A DNA stretch of 64,000 nucleotides from Acidimicrobiia bacterium (GCA_046565765.1 JBKHXX010000057.1:14454-78453); one strand, 5' to 3'. Shown: positions 43,835 to 53,922, counted from the first letter of the stretch. A program made the numbers and translations. The notes: generated by a model from the sequence alone, not told the origin.

Positions 43835-44752
43835 TCACACGCTGCGACGGTGCTCGTCCAGGACGTCCTCGACGACGTGGAGAGCCGTGCTTCGCCACCC
43901 GAACCGCTTCTCGCGCAAGCCGAGCTCCGCCGGATTCTGCAGGCTGTTGCGAAGCGTGATCAATCCCTTCCACAGCGCCCAGCCCCGGCTTCGGGCCCAT
44001 GTCCCATCGTCTGCTGCAATGGCATCGTGGAACGCGGCTCTGCTGTTTCCGGTGAAGAAGGTCCAGGCGATCGTGAGGTCGCAGGCGGGATCGCCGACGG
44101 CGCAGCACCCGAAGTCGATGACCGCGCCGAGCCCGCCAGCCTCCACCAGAAGATTCGACGGCGTGATGTCTCCATGGACCCATACCGACTCTGCGTGGCG
44201 TGTCGAAGCCAGTGCCGCTCCCCATAGCTCGGTCGCAGCTCTCCCGTCGATCTCACCGCGGAGGTCCTCTATCGCCGTCCTCGTCTGCCCGTCGTACACC
44301 GCAAGGGGCGCGCCTCGGAAGAAGTTGTGCTCGCCGGGCGGGGGACCCCCGGAGGGATCAATCCGCTGCAACGCCAACAGGAACTCCGCCAGGTCGAGGG
44401 CGAAGCGCTCGGGCCGTGGGATGGCCGCCACGTGGGCGGGCACGCCACGCAGCCAGCGGTACACGGACCAAGGCCTCGGGAACCCACACCCGGGTGCGCC
44501 CTTGGCGAGCGGGGCGGGGACAGCGACTGGGAGGGCGGCGGCGAAGCGGGGCAACCACCGGTGCTCCTTGTCGACCTGCGGCACGTACTCGTCGCCTGCG
44601 GGCAACCGCACGGACATCTCGTCGCCAAGCCGGAACGTCCTGTTGTCCGAGCCGTCGACTTCCACCGGAGTGACCGGTAGGTGCGCCCACTGAGGGAACT
44701 GGTCCGCGATGAGTCGGGACACGAGGGATGGCGCGATCGCCGCTCGGTCCAC
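43835..44752 (-). CDS. Aminoglycoside/antibiotic phosphotransferase (APH) family kinase
   Basis: GSDNRTFRLGDEMSVRLP (nucleotide-binding region), catalytic loop VWVHGDITPSNLLV, and IDFGCCAVGDPACDL (DFG). Confidence 0.85.
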   Translation of the reverse strand: MDRAAIAPSLVSRLIADQFPQWAHLPVTPVEVDGSDNRTFRLGDEMSVRLPAGDEYVPQVDKEHRWLPRFAAALPVAVPAPLAKGAPGCGFPRPWSVYRWLRGVPAHVAAIPRPERFALDLAEFLLALQRIDPSGGPPPGEHNFFRGAPLAVYDGQTRTAIEDLRGEIDGRAATELWGAALASTRHAESVWVHGDITPSNLLVEAGGLGAVIDFGCCAVGDPACDLTIAWTFFTGNSRAAFHDAIAADDGTWARSRGWALWKGLITLRNSLQNPAELGLREKRFGWRSTALHVVEDVLDEHRRSV

Positions 44753-44894
44753 CTCAGCATTCTCGCAAGGGCGCCGAGCGCAGGCCCGAGCTCACCCTGT
44801 GCGGGTGAAAGAGCCGAGGCTATGAGCGCATCGACTCGGTGCCCAGTCCGACATTAGCGAGCACTTCTGGGTCCCTCCTGCGCGACGTTGGTGT

Positions 44895-45011
44895 CATGCG
44901 AGTGGACGAGATCCTGCGAGCGACCCAGAGCGTGCTCGTGGTGGACTGGCCGTCGCGTGACGTGCCCGACACGCTGGCGCGGGCCGGCTACGACGTCCAC
45001 GTGCACGGCTG
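44895..45011 (+). pseudogene. Truncated remnant of a CoA-binding-domain protein gene (first ~38 codons only)
   Basis: MRVDEILRATQSVLVVDWPSRDVPDTLARAGYDVHVHG then TGA. From memory this matches the N-terminus of ~140-aa actinobacterial CoA-binding proteins (..VVDWPS+DVP.TLARAG..V.V.GGP.P). None of the three downstream frames continues the family. Confidence 0.4.
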
Positions 45012-45162
45012 ACGGCAGGACGGCACGGAAGCCGTGGCGGCTCCTGGCGCCGACACAACCAGATTCAATCGCTCCACCGCGGCTTCTCCGTCGTCACGTC
45101 ACGACCCGCTCGCTCACCGAGGCTGGGGGTAGCTAGCGGGCACTCCAGACAAGAGCCGGCAG

Positions 45163-46982
45163 TTGCACCCGCCCGCGTATTTCTCGGACGCAATGGCCCC
45201 ATTGTGCAACGCTCGGGGCGTGCGGAAGGCGGGGGATGCGGCGAGCCTGCTTCGGCATGTGGGCCCCGGCCTGTTCGTCCCACTGGTGGTGCTCGAGTTG
45301 GCGTCCGCCGCCACGCCCCTGTCCATCATCATCGTCATAGGGGTCCTTGTCGGGCGGGTCGCCGGCGACGGGGCAGTGGCGTGGCCCTTGGCCGCACTTG
45401 TCCTCCTCCTCGTGCTGCAGCAACTGATCGGTCCCTTCCGCACAGCCCTGGCGTATCGGGCCACCCGCAGGGTCGACAACGTCATCCGGGGGCGGGTCAT
45501 GGACGTGGCCAACCGATCGCTCAGCATCGCTCCGCTGGAGGATCCGGAGGTTCTCGACCGGCTGGAGCTGGCCGGCGGCACCATTGACCTCTACTGGGAC
45601 GCGTCCCCCGGCGGGGCGGCGGTGGCGGTGATCGCTCGAGCGGGGCGCTACCTGCAGGTGGCGGGCGCTGCCTGGCTGCTCGCACGCGTGTCCGTGCCGG
45701 TCGCGGTCGGGCTCACTGCCCTCGCCTTGATCGCCTCGCACCAGGCGCGCCGGTGGAACCGGGCCCGGCTAGCCGCCGTCCGGGCCAACGCAGCGTTGGG
45801 CCGTGCCTCGCGCTACACCTCGGGCCTCGCCAACACCCCGCCGGCAGCCAAGGAGGTGCGCATCTTCGGCGTGCTGGACTGGCTGATGGAGCGCTTCCGC
45901 GGTGAGTGGGAGGTCGTCAGTTCCAACCGCCTGCTTCCGCTGCGGTGGGCCGTCACCCGGATCGTGCTGCTTCTGGTCGCCCTGACGCCGGCGGTGGCCT
46001 GGGGGTTCGTCGTCCTGGCCCGCTCCGGCGCCAGCGCCCGGTCCCTGGCGATGGCCCTGCAGGCTGGAATCGCCCTCTTCCCGCTCCTTTTCGAGCAGCG
46101 CCAGGACGATGCCTACCAGATCGACTTCGGGCTCGAGGCGTTGGACGTCTTGCGCGAGCTGGAGGCGACCATCGCCCCCGTCGACGACCACAGAACCGCC
46201 GACGCCGCCGGCCTGCCACGGGAGGAGATCCGCTTCGAGGGAGTCCGCTTCGCCTATCCGGCGTCCGGCCGTGATGTGTTCACCGACCTCGACCTGACCA
46301 TCGAGGCGGGGACGTCACTGGCCATCGTTGGCAGCAACGGCGCCGGCAAGACCACACTGATCAAGCTGCTGGCAAGGATGCATGAGCCCCAGTCCGGCAC
46401 GATCCGCGTCGACGGCAGGCCACTCGACGAACTTGATCCCGCAGCGTGGCGCCGGCGGCTGGCGGTCATCTTCCAGACTTCGTCCGCTACGAGCTGCCGG
46501 CGGCCGACAACGTCAGGTTCGGCGGGGTCGAGTTGCGGGGTGACCGACCGGCCCTGGAGGCGGCCGCCGCGAAAGCCGGCGCCCTTGACGTCGTTCAGCG
46601 GCTCCCGTGGGGATGGGACACGCCTCTGAACCGTCAGTACCGGGGGGGTATGGACCTCTCCGGCGGCGAATGGCAGCGGATTGCCCTGGCCCGGGCCCTG
46701 TATGCGGTCGAGGCGGGTGCCGGCATCCTGGTGCTCGACGAGCCGACCGCCAATCTGGACGTGCGGGCCGAGGCGGCGCTGTTCGAGGACTTCCTCGACC
46801 TTACGCGTGGCCTGACTACCATCCTCATCTCCCACCGGTTTTCGACCGTCCGGCACGCCGACCGCATCGTCGTTCTGGAAGGCGGCACCGTGGTCGAGGA
46901 CGGCACGCACGGTGACCTCATCGCCGCCGGCGGAAGCTACGCCGGCATGTTCCAGCTGCAGGCGGCACGGTTCCGTGACTGA
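45163..46982 (+). pseudogene. ABC exporter (fused TMD-NBD, MsbA-like) disrupted by a -1 frameshift
   Basis: ORF 45163..46629 carries the TMD and Walker A (GSNGAGKTTLIKLL) up to RRRLAVIFQ. The rest of the NBD (DFVRYELPAADNVRFG...LSGGEWQRIALARAL...ILVLDEPT...ILISHR) continues in ORF 46446..46982, one frame over. The junction is at ~46474-46478: TTCCAGACTTCG where TTCCAGGACTTCG is expected. Confidence 0.75.
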
Positions 46983-48747
46983 CGCCCGCCGCATCGCCGG
47001 GGTCCTCAGGGACTTTGCACGGGGCGCCGGTCGGCGATTGACCACCCTCGCGGTCGTGACCAGCCTCGCCGGCGGCGCCGCCGCCGTCAGCCTGAGCCTC
47101 TGGCTCAAGCTCATCGTCGATGAGGCAGCCGACGGCGACCTGGGGGCGGTGACAGTTCTGGCCGTCGCCCTCGGGGCGACCGTGATGGCGCAGGCGGCGG
47201 CGAGCAGCATGTCGGCCCTCTACCTGGCCCGGCTCCAGTTCGCGTGCGGCGTGCAGCTCGTGTGCCGCATCATGCAGGCCGCCGGCGGCAGCCCGGGCAT
47301 CGAGCACTACGAGCGGGCGGAGTATGCCGACCGGATCTCGCTCCTCAAGTCCCAGACCAACTACATATCGGGCTTCCTCCCCGTCTTGGGTGACGGCCTG
47401 GCCCTCGCCGGCCGGGTCGCCATCACCGCCGTCCTCTTGGCCGGCGTGCACCCGACCCTCCTCCTGCTGCCCCTGCTGGCTCTGCCATCGGTGTGGGCCG
47501 GGACGCGCGCCGAACGGGTCGTCAATGGCGCCAACGTCGCTACTGCGCAGCAGGGCCGGCTCGAGGCCCACCTCTTCGGCCTGTCGACCACCGCGTCACC
47601 GGCCAAGGAGGTCCGGGTCTTCGGATTGGGTGCCGAGCTTGCCGACCGCCGGCGGCGGGCATGGGACGACGTCACGGACACGGTCGCCCGCGCCCAGCTC
47701 CGGTCTGGCCTCTTGCGGACCGCGGGCTGGCTGCCCTTCGCAGCCGGCTACCTCGCCGCGGTGGGCCTCGCCCTCGTTCGTGCCGGCCAGGGTGAGGCCA
47801 CGCCCGGCGACGTCCTGCTGGTGATGGTCCTGTCCGGGCAGGTCAATGGTCAGGTCGCCCAGGTGCTGCACGTCGCCAACCGCTCGGCGACGGCGGTGCG
47901 GGTCCTCGGCCACCTCTTCTGGTTGGAAGACCACGCCCGCGACGCCATCGCACGCACGACCCCCGCCGAGCCCGTGCCCGTGCCCGACAAGCTTCGGCAA
48001 GGCATCGACCTGGAGGGCGTCTCGTTCGGTTATGGCGGCGAGGACGTACTGCGCGACATCACCCTGCACCTACCGGCCGGGTCGACGGTGGCCATCGTGG
48101 GCGAGAACGGCACCGGCAAGACCACTCTCGTCAAGCTCCTGTGCCGGTTCTACGAGACGACGTCCGGAGCGATCCGCATGGACGGCGTGGACCTGCGCCG
48201 CTTCGACGTCGACGAGTGGCGCCGGCGTGTCTCCGGCGGCTTCCAGGACTTCGCCCGGATCGAGCTGACGCTCCGGGAGTCCGTGGGCATCGGCGACATC
48301 GCATCGGTCGACGACCCTGTCGCCGTCAGCCGCGCGCTGGACCGGGTCGGCGCAGACCTGGCCGTGGGTATCGAACAGCAGCTGGGCCAGCAGTGGCTGG
48401 GCGGCGTCGACCTGTCGGAGGGCCAGTGGCAGAAGGTGGCCATGGCCAGAGCGATGATGCGCAAGGAGCCGCTCCTGCTGCTTCTCGACGAGCCAACGTC
48501 GGGCCTCGACGCCCACGCGGAGCACGCCCTGTTCGAGCTCTTCGCCGGCGTTGCCGCCGAGGCGGCGACCCGGACCGGTGCCATTGCCCTGTTCGTGTCC
48601 CACCGGTTCTCGACGGTCCGGATGGCCGACCACATCGTGGTCCTCGCCGGCGGGCGGGTGGTGGAGCAGGGCGACCATGCCTCGCTCATGGGTGCCGCCG
48701 GCCTTTATCGAGAGCTGTACGAGATCCAGTCGCGGGCATACAGGTAG
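46975..48747 (+). CDS. ABC exporter (fused TMD-NBD), partner of the upstream gene
   Basis: Six-TM region, then GENGTGKTTLVKLL, LSEGQWQKVAMARAM, LLLLDEPTSGLD and FVSHR. The start is taken at GTG 46975 (8-nt overlap with the upstream stop); track ORF 46912 is the upper bound. Confidence 0.85.
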   Translation: MTDARRIAGVLRDFARGAGRRLTTLAVVTSLAGGAAAVSLSLWLKLIVDEAADGDLGAVTVLAVALGATVMAQAAASSMSALYLARLQFACGVQLVCRIMQAAGGSPGIEHYERAEYADRISLLKSQTNYISGFLPVLGDGLALAGRVAITAVLLAGVHPTLLLLPLLALPSVWAGTRAERVVNGANVATAQQGRLEAHLFGLSTTASPAKEVRVFGLGAELADRRRRAWDDVTDTVARAQLRSGLLRTAGWLPFAAGYLAAVGLALVRAGQGEATPGDVLLVMVLSGQVNGQVAQVLHVANRSATAVRVLGHLFWLEDHARDAIARTTPAEPVPVPDKLRQGIDLEGVSFGYGGEDVLRDITLHLPAGSTVAIVGENGTGKTTLVKLLCRFYETTSGAIRMDGVDLRRFDVDEWRRRVSGGFQDFARIELTLRESVGIGDIASVDDPVAVSRALDRVGADLAVGIEQQLGQQWLGGVDLSEGQWQKVAMARAMMRKEPLLLLLDEPTSGLDAHAEHALFELFAGVAAEAATRTGAIALFVSHRFSTVRMADHIVVLAGGRVVEQGDHASLMGAAGLYRELYEIQSRAYR

Positions 48748-48771
48748 TGCCGTGCGATAGGGGGCCTTGCG

Positions 48772-49479
48772 TTGCCGGCCGGTCCGCAGACTGCGCGAGC
48801 GCGGCCCTTGCGTAGCCTCAGCCTGGTGACTCCCCGTTCCGGGACGAGGCGCCCACCGAACCTCGAACATGAGCTCGCCGTCGCTGCTGTCAACGTCGTC
48901 GATGGCGCGGAGATCAGCGACACGCTCGTGGTCGGCGACCTCTCCGAGCTGGTCGCGTCCGGCGTCGAGTGGACGGGATGTCGCTTCGATGCTGCCTGCC
49001 TCGTCGGCACCCGCCTGGAGGCGAGCCGACTCGTTGACTGCGTCCTGACCGGCTGCGACCTTTCCGGGCTCGTGTTCGACCAAGGCTCGTGCACCCGGGT
49101 GGAGTTCCGTGGCTGCCGGCTCTCGGGTGTTCAGGCGGCTGGCGGACGGTTCCGGGATGTCGCTTTCGTCGATTGCCGACTCGACGCCGCCAACTTCAGG
49201 ATGTCCCGGTGGGACCGCGCAGAGTTCGACGGCTGCGACCTCGCCGAAGTCGACCTGTACGGGGCCGAAATGCCGGCGTGTCGCTTCGCGCGCTGCGACA
49301 TGAGTGGCGCCCACGTCTCAAAGAGCAACCTGTCGGGAGCGCGGTTCGCTCGGTCGCGCCTCGACGGGATCACCGGAGCGGACGCGTTGCAGGGCATCGC
49401 CATCAGCAGCGACCAGCTGATCCCCGTCGCGCTCGCAGTGTTCGCTGCCCGGGCGATCGTGGTGGACGATTCGCTGTGA
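48772..49479 (+). CDS. Pentapeptide-repeat protein (MfpA/Qnr-like fold)
   Basis: About 25 consecutive pentapeptide units (CRFDAACLVGTRLEASRLVDCVLTGCDLSGLVFDQGSCTRVEFRGCRLSG...CDMSGAHVSKSNLSGARFARSRLDG). The start is possibly GTG 48826. Confidence 0.8.
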   Translation: MPAGPQTARARPLRSLSLVTPRSGTRRPPNLEHELAVAAVNVVDGAEISDTLVVGDLSELVASGVEWTGCRFDAACLVGTRLEASRLVDCVLTGCDLSGLVFDQGSCTRVEFRGCRLSGVQAAGGRFRDVAFVDCRLDAANFRMSRWDRAEFDGCDLAEVDLYGAEMPACRFARCDMSGAHVSKSNLSGARFARSRLDGITGADALQGIAISSDQLIPVALAVFAARAIVVDDSL

Positions 49480-49665
49480 CCCCAGTCTGCATTGACGGGG
49501 AGGCAGCGTCCACGCCTGGGGCCCCAGGCCGTCCCAAGTCCCATCGACTTGCCTGTGAGGGCGGAGGGTAGGGGCCCTGGCCGGCGCGTGGTCCGTAGTT
49601 CTGGACGCCGGAGGGGACAGTGGACGGCGTGTGATCGGGCACTCGGGTTAGGCCGCTACGACCGT

Positions 49666-50013
49666 TCACCCCAGCGCGCGAATCCGAAGTCCGCGGACCG
49701 CTTCGAAATGCTTCGTGTTGCGAGTCGCGAGACCGAGGTTCCGCTCCAACGCCGTCGCGGCGATCAGGGCGTCGGGCAGGCGGACTCCTGTCTCTCGTCG
49801 GATTCGGCCGGCTCGTTCCGCGATCACCCGGTCAACCGGCACCTCGCGAAAGGGAGCGAGCACCCGAGTGGCGAGGTCGGTGCCCGTCGCCCCCGCGAAC
49901 AACTCGGCTCGAGTGATGACCGAGTAGTAGAGGCGGTGACGACCGGCCTTCAGCTCGGCGGCGCCGCGAAGGTGGTCGATGAAGATGTCGGTGTCGACGA
50001 GGATGTCAGCCAC
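49666..50013 (-). CDS. vapC: PIN-domain toxin VapC
   Basis: MADILVDTDIFIDHL...SVITRAEL...DALIAATALERNLGLATRNTKHF places the conserved acidic residues (D, E, D) as in the PIN fold. Confidence 0.85.
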   Translation of the reverse strand: MADILVDTDIFIDHLRGAAELKAGRHRLYYSVITRAELFAGATGTDLATRVLAPFREVPVDRVIAERAGRIRRETGVRLPDALIAATALERNLGLATRNTKHFEAVRGLRIRALG

Positions 50014-50224
50014 GGTCCCACTCGTCGCGGCGGGGCGAGCGAGCGTCCGGATCGGCGCCGAAGGTGGACGCCAGGGCTGCGGATGCGTCGCGCTCGGCGT
50101 TGAGGTAGGCGTCGAGCGCCCGACGGACGACCTCGGCCAGCGTCACACCCTCGGCGCGGGCGATCTCATCAATCCTGCGCCGCTGGTCTTCGGTGAGGTA
50201 CACCTGTGTACGAGTGGCCGACAT
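50006..50224 (-). CDS. vapB: Ribbon-helix-helix (CopG/VapB-type) antitoxin
   Basis: TQVYLTEDQRRRIDEIARAEGVTLAEVVRRALDAYL is an RHH motif. There is an 8-nt overlap with vapC. Confidence 0.8.
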   Translation of the reverse strand: MSATRTQVYLTEDQRRRIDEIARAEGVTLAEVVRRALDAYLNAERDASAALASTFGADPDARSPRRDEWDRG

Positions 50225-50327
50225 ACAGCACCAGTATACAGCACATCGAGCCGGACGACGAGCTCGTAAGCCCTATCCCGAAGTCCATCTCCGCGCTGCC
50301 CGCCGCCAGGCGAACATGCCCAACGGC

Positions 50328-51752
<1,425 letters not shown>

Positions 51753-51813
51753 AGTTTCCTCCTCCGCGACGGGAAACGGGGCTTACGGTGGCGGCCGCCG
51801 ATTTCCCTCTCAT

Positions 51814-51843
51814 TGCACCTTCGTGAACTGAGTGTGAACTGAG
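51814..51843. promoter_or_regulatory. Phased direct repeats in the glnA/glnA2 divergent promoter (candidate GlnR/OmpR-type boxes)
   Basis: TGCAC (51814-18), TGAAC (51824-28) and TGAAC (51835-39) occur at 10-11 bp spacing. This includes the exact tandem GTGAACTGAG at 51823-32 and 51834-43. Confidence 0.4.
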
Positions 51844-51896
51844 GGGACCCCGCCTTATCGCCTGCGAAGATAGTCGCAGGCACCGGAGGAGGAGCG

Positions 51897-53231
51897 ATGG
51901 AACGCCAGCAGGACTACGTGCTGCGATCGGTGGAGGAGCGCGGCATCCGCTTCATCCGCCTCTGGTTCACCGACGTCCTCGGGCAGCTCAAGTCGATCAA
52001 CATCGTGCCCGGCGAGCTGGAGACGGCGTTCGAGGAGGGCATGACCTTCGACGGCTCCGCCATCGACGGCTTCAGCCGCATCCAGGAGTCGGACATGTTG
52101 CTCCGCCCGGATCCCAACACGTTCGAGCTGCTGCCGTGGCGGGGCGAGGACGCCCCGGTGGCCCGCATGTTCTGCGACGTCACCAACCTCGACGGGTCAG
52201 CGTTCGAGGGTGATCCCCGCCACGTCCTGCGGCGCAACCTGGAGCGCGCCCGCGAACGGGGGCTCACGTTCTATGTCGGGCCCGACCTGGAGTTCTTCTA
52301 CTTCCTCATGGACAACGGCCGGCCGGCTCCCAAGCCCCTCGACATGGGGTCGTACTTCGACCTCACCACGACCGACGTGGCCACCGACCTCCGCAAGCGG
52401 ACGATCCTCGGCCTGGAGGCGATGGGCATCCCCGTGCGCTACAGCCACCACGAGGACAGCCCCGGCCAGTACGAGATCGACCTCCGCTACACCGACGCCC
52501 TGACCATGGCCGACAACGTCATGACGTTCAAGCTGGTGGTCAAGGAGATCGCCCTGGAACGGGGCGTGCACGCCACGTTCATGCCGAAGCCGCTGGCGGG
52601 CGTGCAGGGATCGGGCATGCACACCCACTTCTCGCTCTTCGAGGGGGACGAGAACGCCTTCTACGACGCCGACGACGAATACCACCTGTCCGACCTGGCC
52701 AAGGGGTTCATCGCCGGCCTGCTCAAGCACGCCCGGGAGATCACCGCCGTCACCAACCAGTGGGTGAACTCCTACAAGCGGCTGGTGGTGGGCTTCGAGG
52801 CGCCCGTCTACGTGGCCTGGGCCCGCAACAACCGTTCCGCGCTGGTGCGTGTGCCGGGCGCCCGCAAGGGCAAGGAGTCGTCGACCCGGATCGAGTTCCG
52901 GGCGCCCGACCCCGCCTGCAACCCGTACCTTGCGTTCGCGGCGGTGCTCGGCGCTGGGCTGCGGGGCATCGAGAAGGGCTACGAGCTGCCCGACGAGCTG
53001 ACCGCCAACCTCTACGAGATGACCCCGGCCGAGCGCATGGCCGAAGGCGTGGAGGCGCTGCCCGGGTCGTTGGAGGAAGCCATCGCCTGCATGGAACGCT
53101 CCGACCTGCTCGCCGACACGCTCGGCGAGCACGTCTTCGAGTGGTTCATCCGCAACAAGCGGGCCGAGTGGGACGACTACCGCACCCAGGTCACGCCGTT
53201 CGAGATCGAGCGCTACCTCCCCATCCTCTGA
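51897..53231 (+). CDS. glnA2: Glutamine synthetase GlnA2-type (GSI-alpha-like)
   Basis: MERQQDYVLRSVEERGIRFIRLWFTDVLGQLKSINI...AVTNQWVNSYKRLV...RNNRSALVRVP is close to my recollection of mycobacterial GlnA2. GGAGGAGGAG SD. Confidence 0.95.
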   Translation: MERQQDYVLRSVEERGIRFIRLWFTDVLGQLKSINIVPGELETAFEEGMTFDGSAIDGFSRIQESDMLLRPDPNTFELLPWRGEDAPVARMFCDVTNLDGSAFEGDPRHVLRRNLERARERGLTFYVGPDLEFFYFLMDNGRPAPKPLDMGSYFDLTTTDVATDLRKRTILGLEAMGIPVRYSHHEDSPGQYEIDLRYTDALTMADNVMTFKLVVKEIALERGVHATFMPKPLAGVQGSGMHTHFSLFEGDENAFYDADDEYHLSDLAKGFIAGLLKHAREITAVTNQWVNSYKRLVVGFEAPVYVAWARNNRSALVRVPGARKGKESSTRIEFRAPDPACNPYLAFAAVLGAGLRGIEKGYELPDELTANLYEMTPAERMAEGVEALPGSLEEAIACMERSDLLADTLGEHVFEWFIRNKRAEWDDYRTQVTPFEIERYLPIL

Positions 53232-53911
53232 TGGAGCCCCTGCTCGTCTACCCCGATCCGCCGCCCCAGGCGCTGGCCCAGGCGCTCGACCTCGGCGGCT
53301 ACCCGTGGGTCCCCGTGGGCCGCATCGCCGATGCCGACAGCAGCCAGCCCGACGACGGCTGGTCGGGCGCCATCGTGTGCGCCGAGCCCCAACCCGACGG
53401 TGCGTTCGAGCTGTGCCGCCTGCTGCGCAAGCGCGACCTCCCGTTGTCGCCGTTGCTGCTCGTGGTGGGGCCCGACCAGCTCGACGACCTCGAGCTTCGC
53501 GAGGACCTCTTCGACGACTTCGTGGTTGCGCCGTTCCGGGCCCACGAGCTGGAGGCCCGGCTCAAGCACCTGTTCTGGCGGACGGGCACGGGCACCCGCC
53601 CGGAGCTGATCGAGTACGGACCGCTCGTCCTCAACCTCGAGACCTACCAGGCCGCCATCATGGGCAAGCCGCTCGACCTAACCTACATGGAGTACGAGCT
53701 GCTGCGGTTCCTGGCCGCCCACCCGGGCAAGGTGTTCACCCGTGAGGTCCTGCTCTCCCGGGTGTGGGGATACGAGTACTACGGCGGCGCGAGGACGGTC
53801 GACGTCCACGTGCGGCGCCTGCGGGCCAAGCTCGGCGAGGAGCACGCCAACCTCATCTCCACCGTACGCTCGGTGGGCTACCGCTTCGGGCAGTCGAGGT
53901 GGGCCGTCTGA
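53231..53911 (+). CDS. glnR: OmpR-family orphan response regulator, GlnR-like nitrogen regulator
   Basis: ATG 53231 overlaps the glnA2 stop (TGATG). The C-terminal winged helix is LDLTYMEYELLRFLAAHPGKVFTREVLLSRVWGYEYYGGARTVDVHVRRLRAKLGEEHANLISTVRSVGYRF. The N-terminal receiver is atypical and there is no cognate kinase nearby. Confidence 0.8.
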   Translation: MEPLLVYPDPPPQALAQALDLGGYPWVPVGRIADADSSQPDDGWSGAIVCAEPQPDGAFELCRLLRKRDLPLSPLLLVVGPDQLDDLELREDLFDDFVVAPFRAHELEARLKHLFWRTGTGTRPELIEYGPLVLNLETYQAAIMGKPLDLTYMEYELLRFLAAHPGKVFTREVLLSRVWGYEYYGGARTVDVHVRRLRAKLGEEHANLISTVRSVGYRFGQSRWAV

Positions 53912-53922
53912 CCACCTCGACC

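Noticed and set aside
43167-44225. 352-aa minus-strand ORF spanning the rhodanese gene and the APH 3' region
   Set aside because: It is antisense to the rhodanese gene and out of frame with APH, and it is Arg/Gly/Pro-rich. Only its last ~54 codons (43167-43331) fall in otherwise unassigned DNA, and they have no start context or family signal.
44895-45136. TGA at 45009-45011 in the CoA-binding-like fragment as a possible Sec codon
   Set aside because: The in-frame continuation (RQDGTEAVAAPGADTTRFNRS...) bears no resemblance to the family. The family has Gly-Gly-Pro at this point rather than Cys. I saw no convincing hairpin directly downstream.
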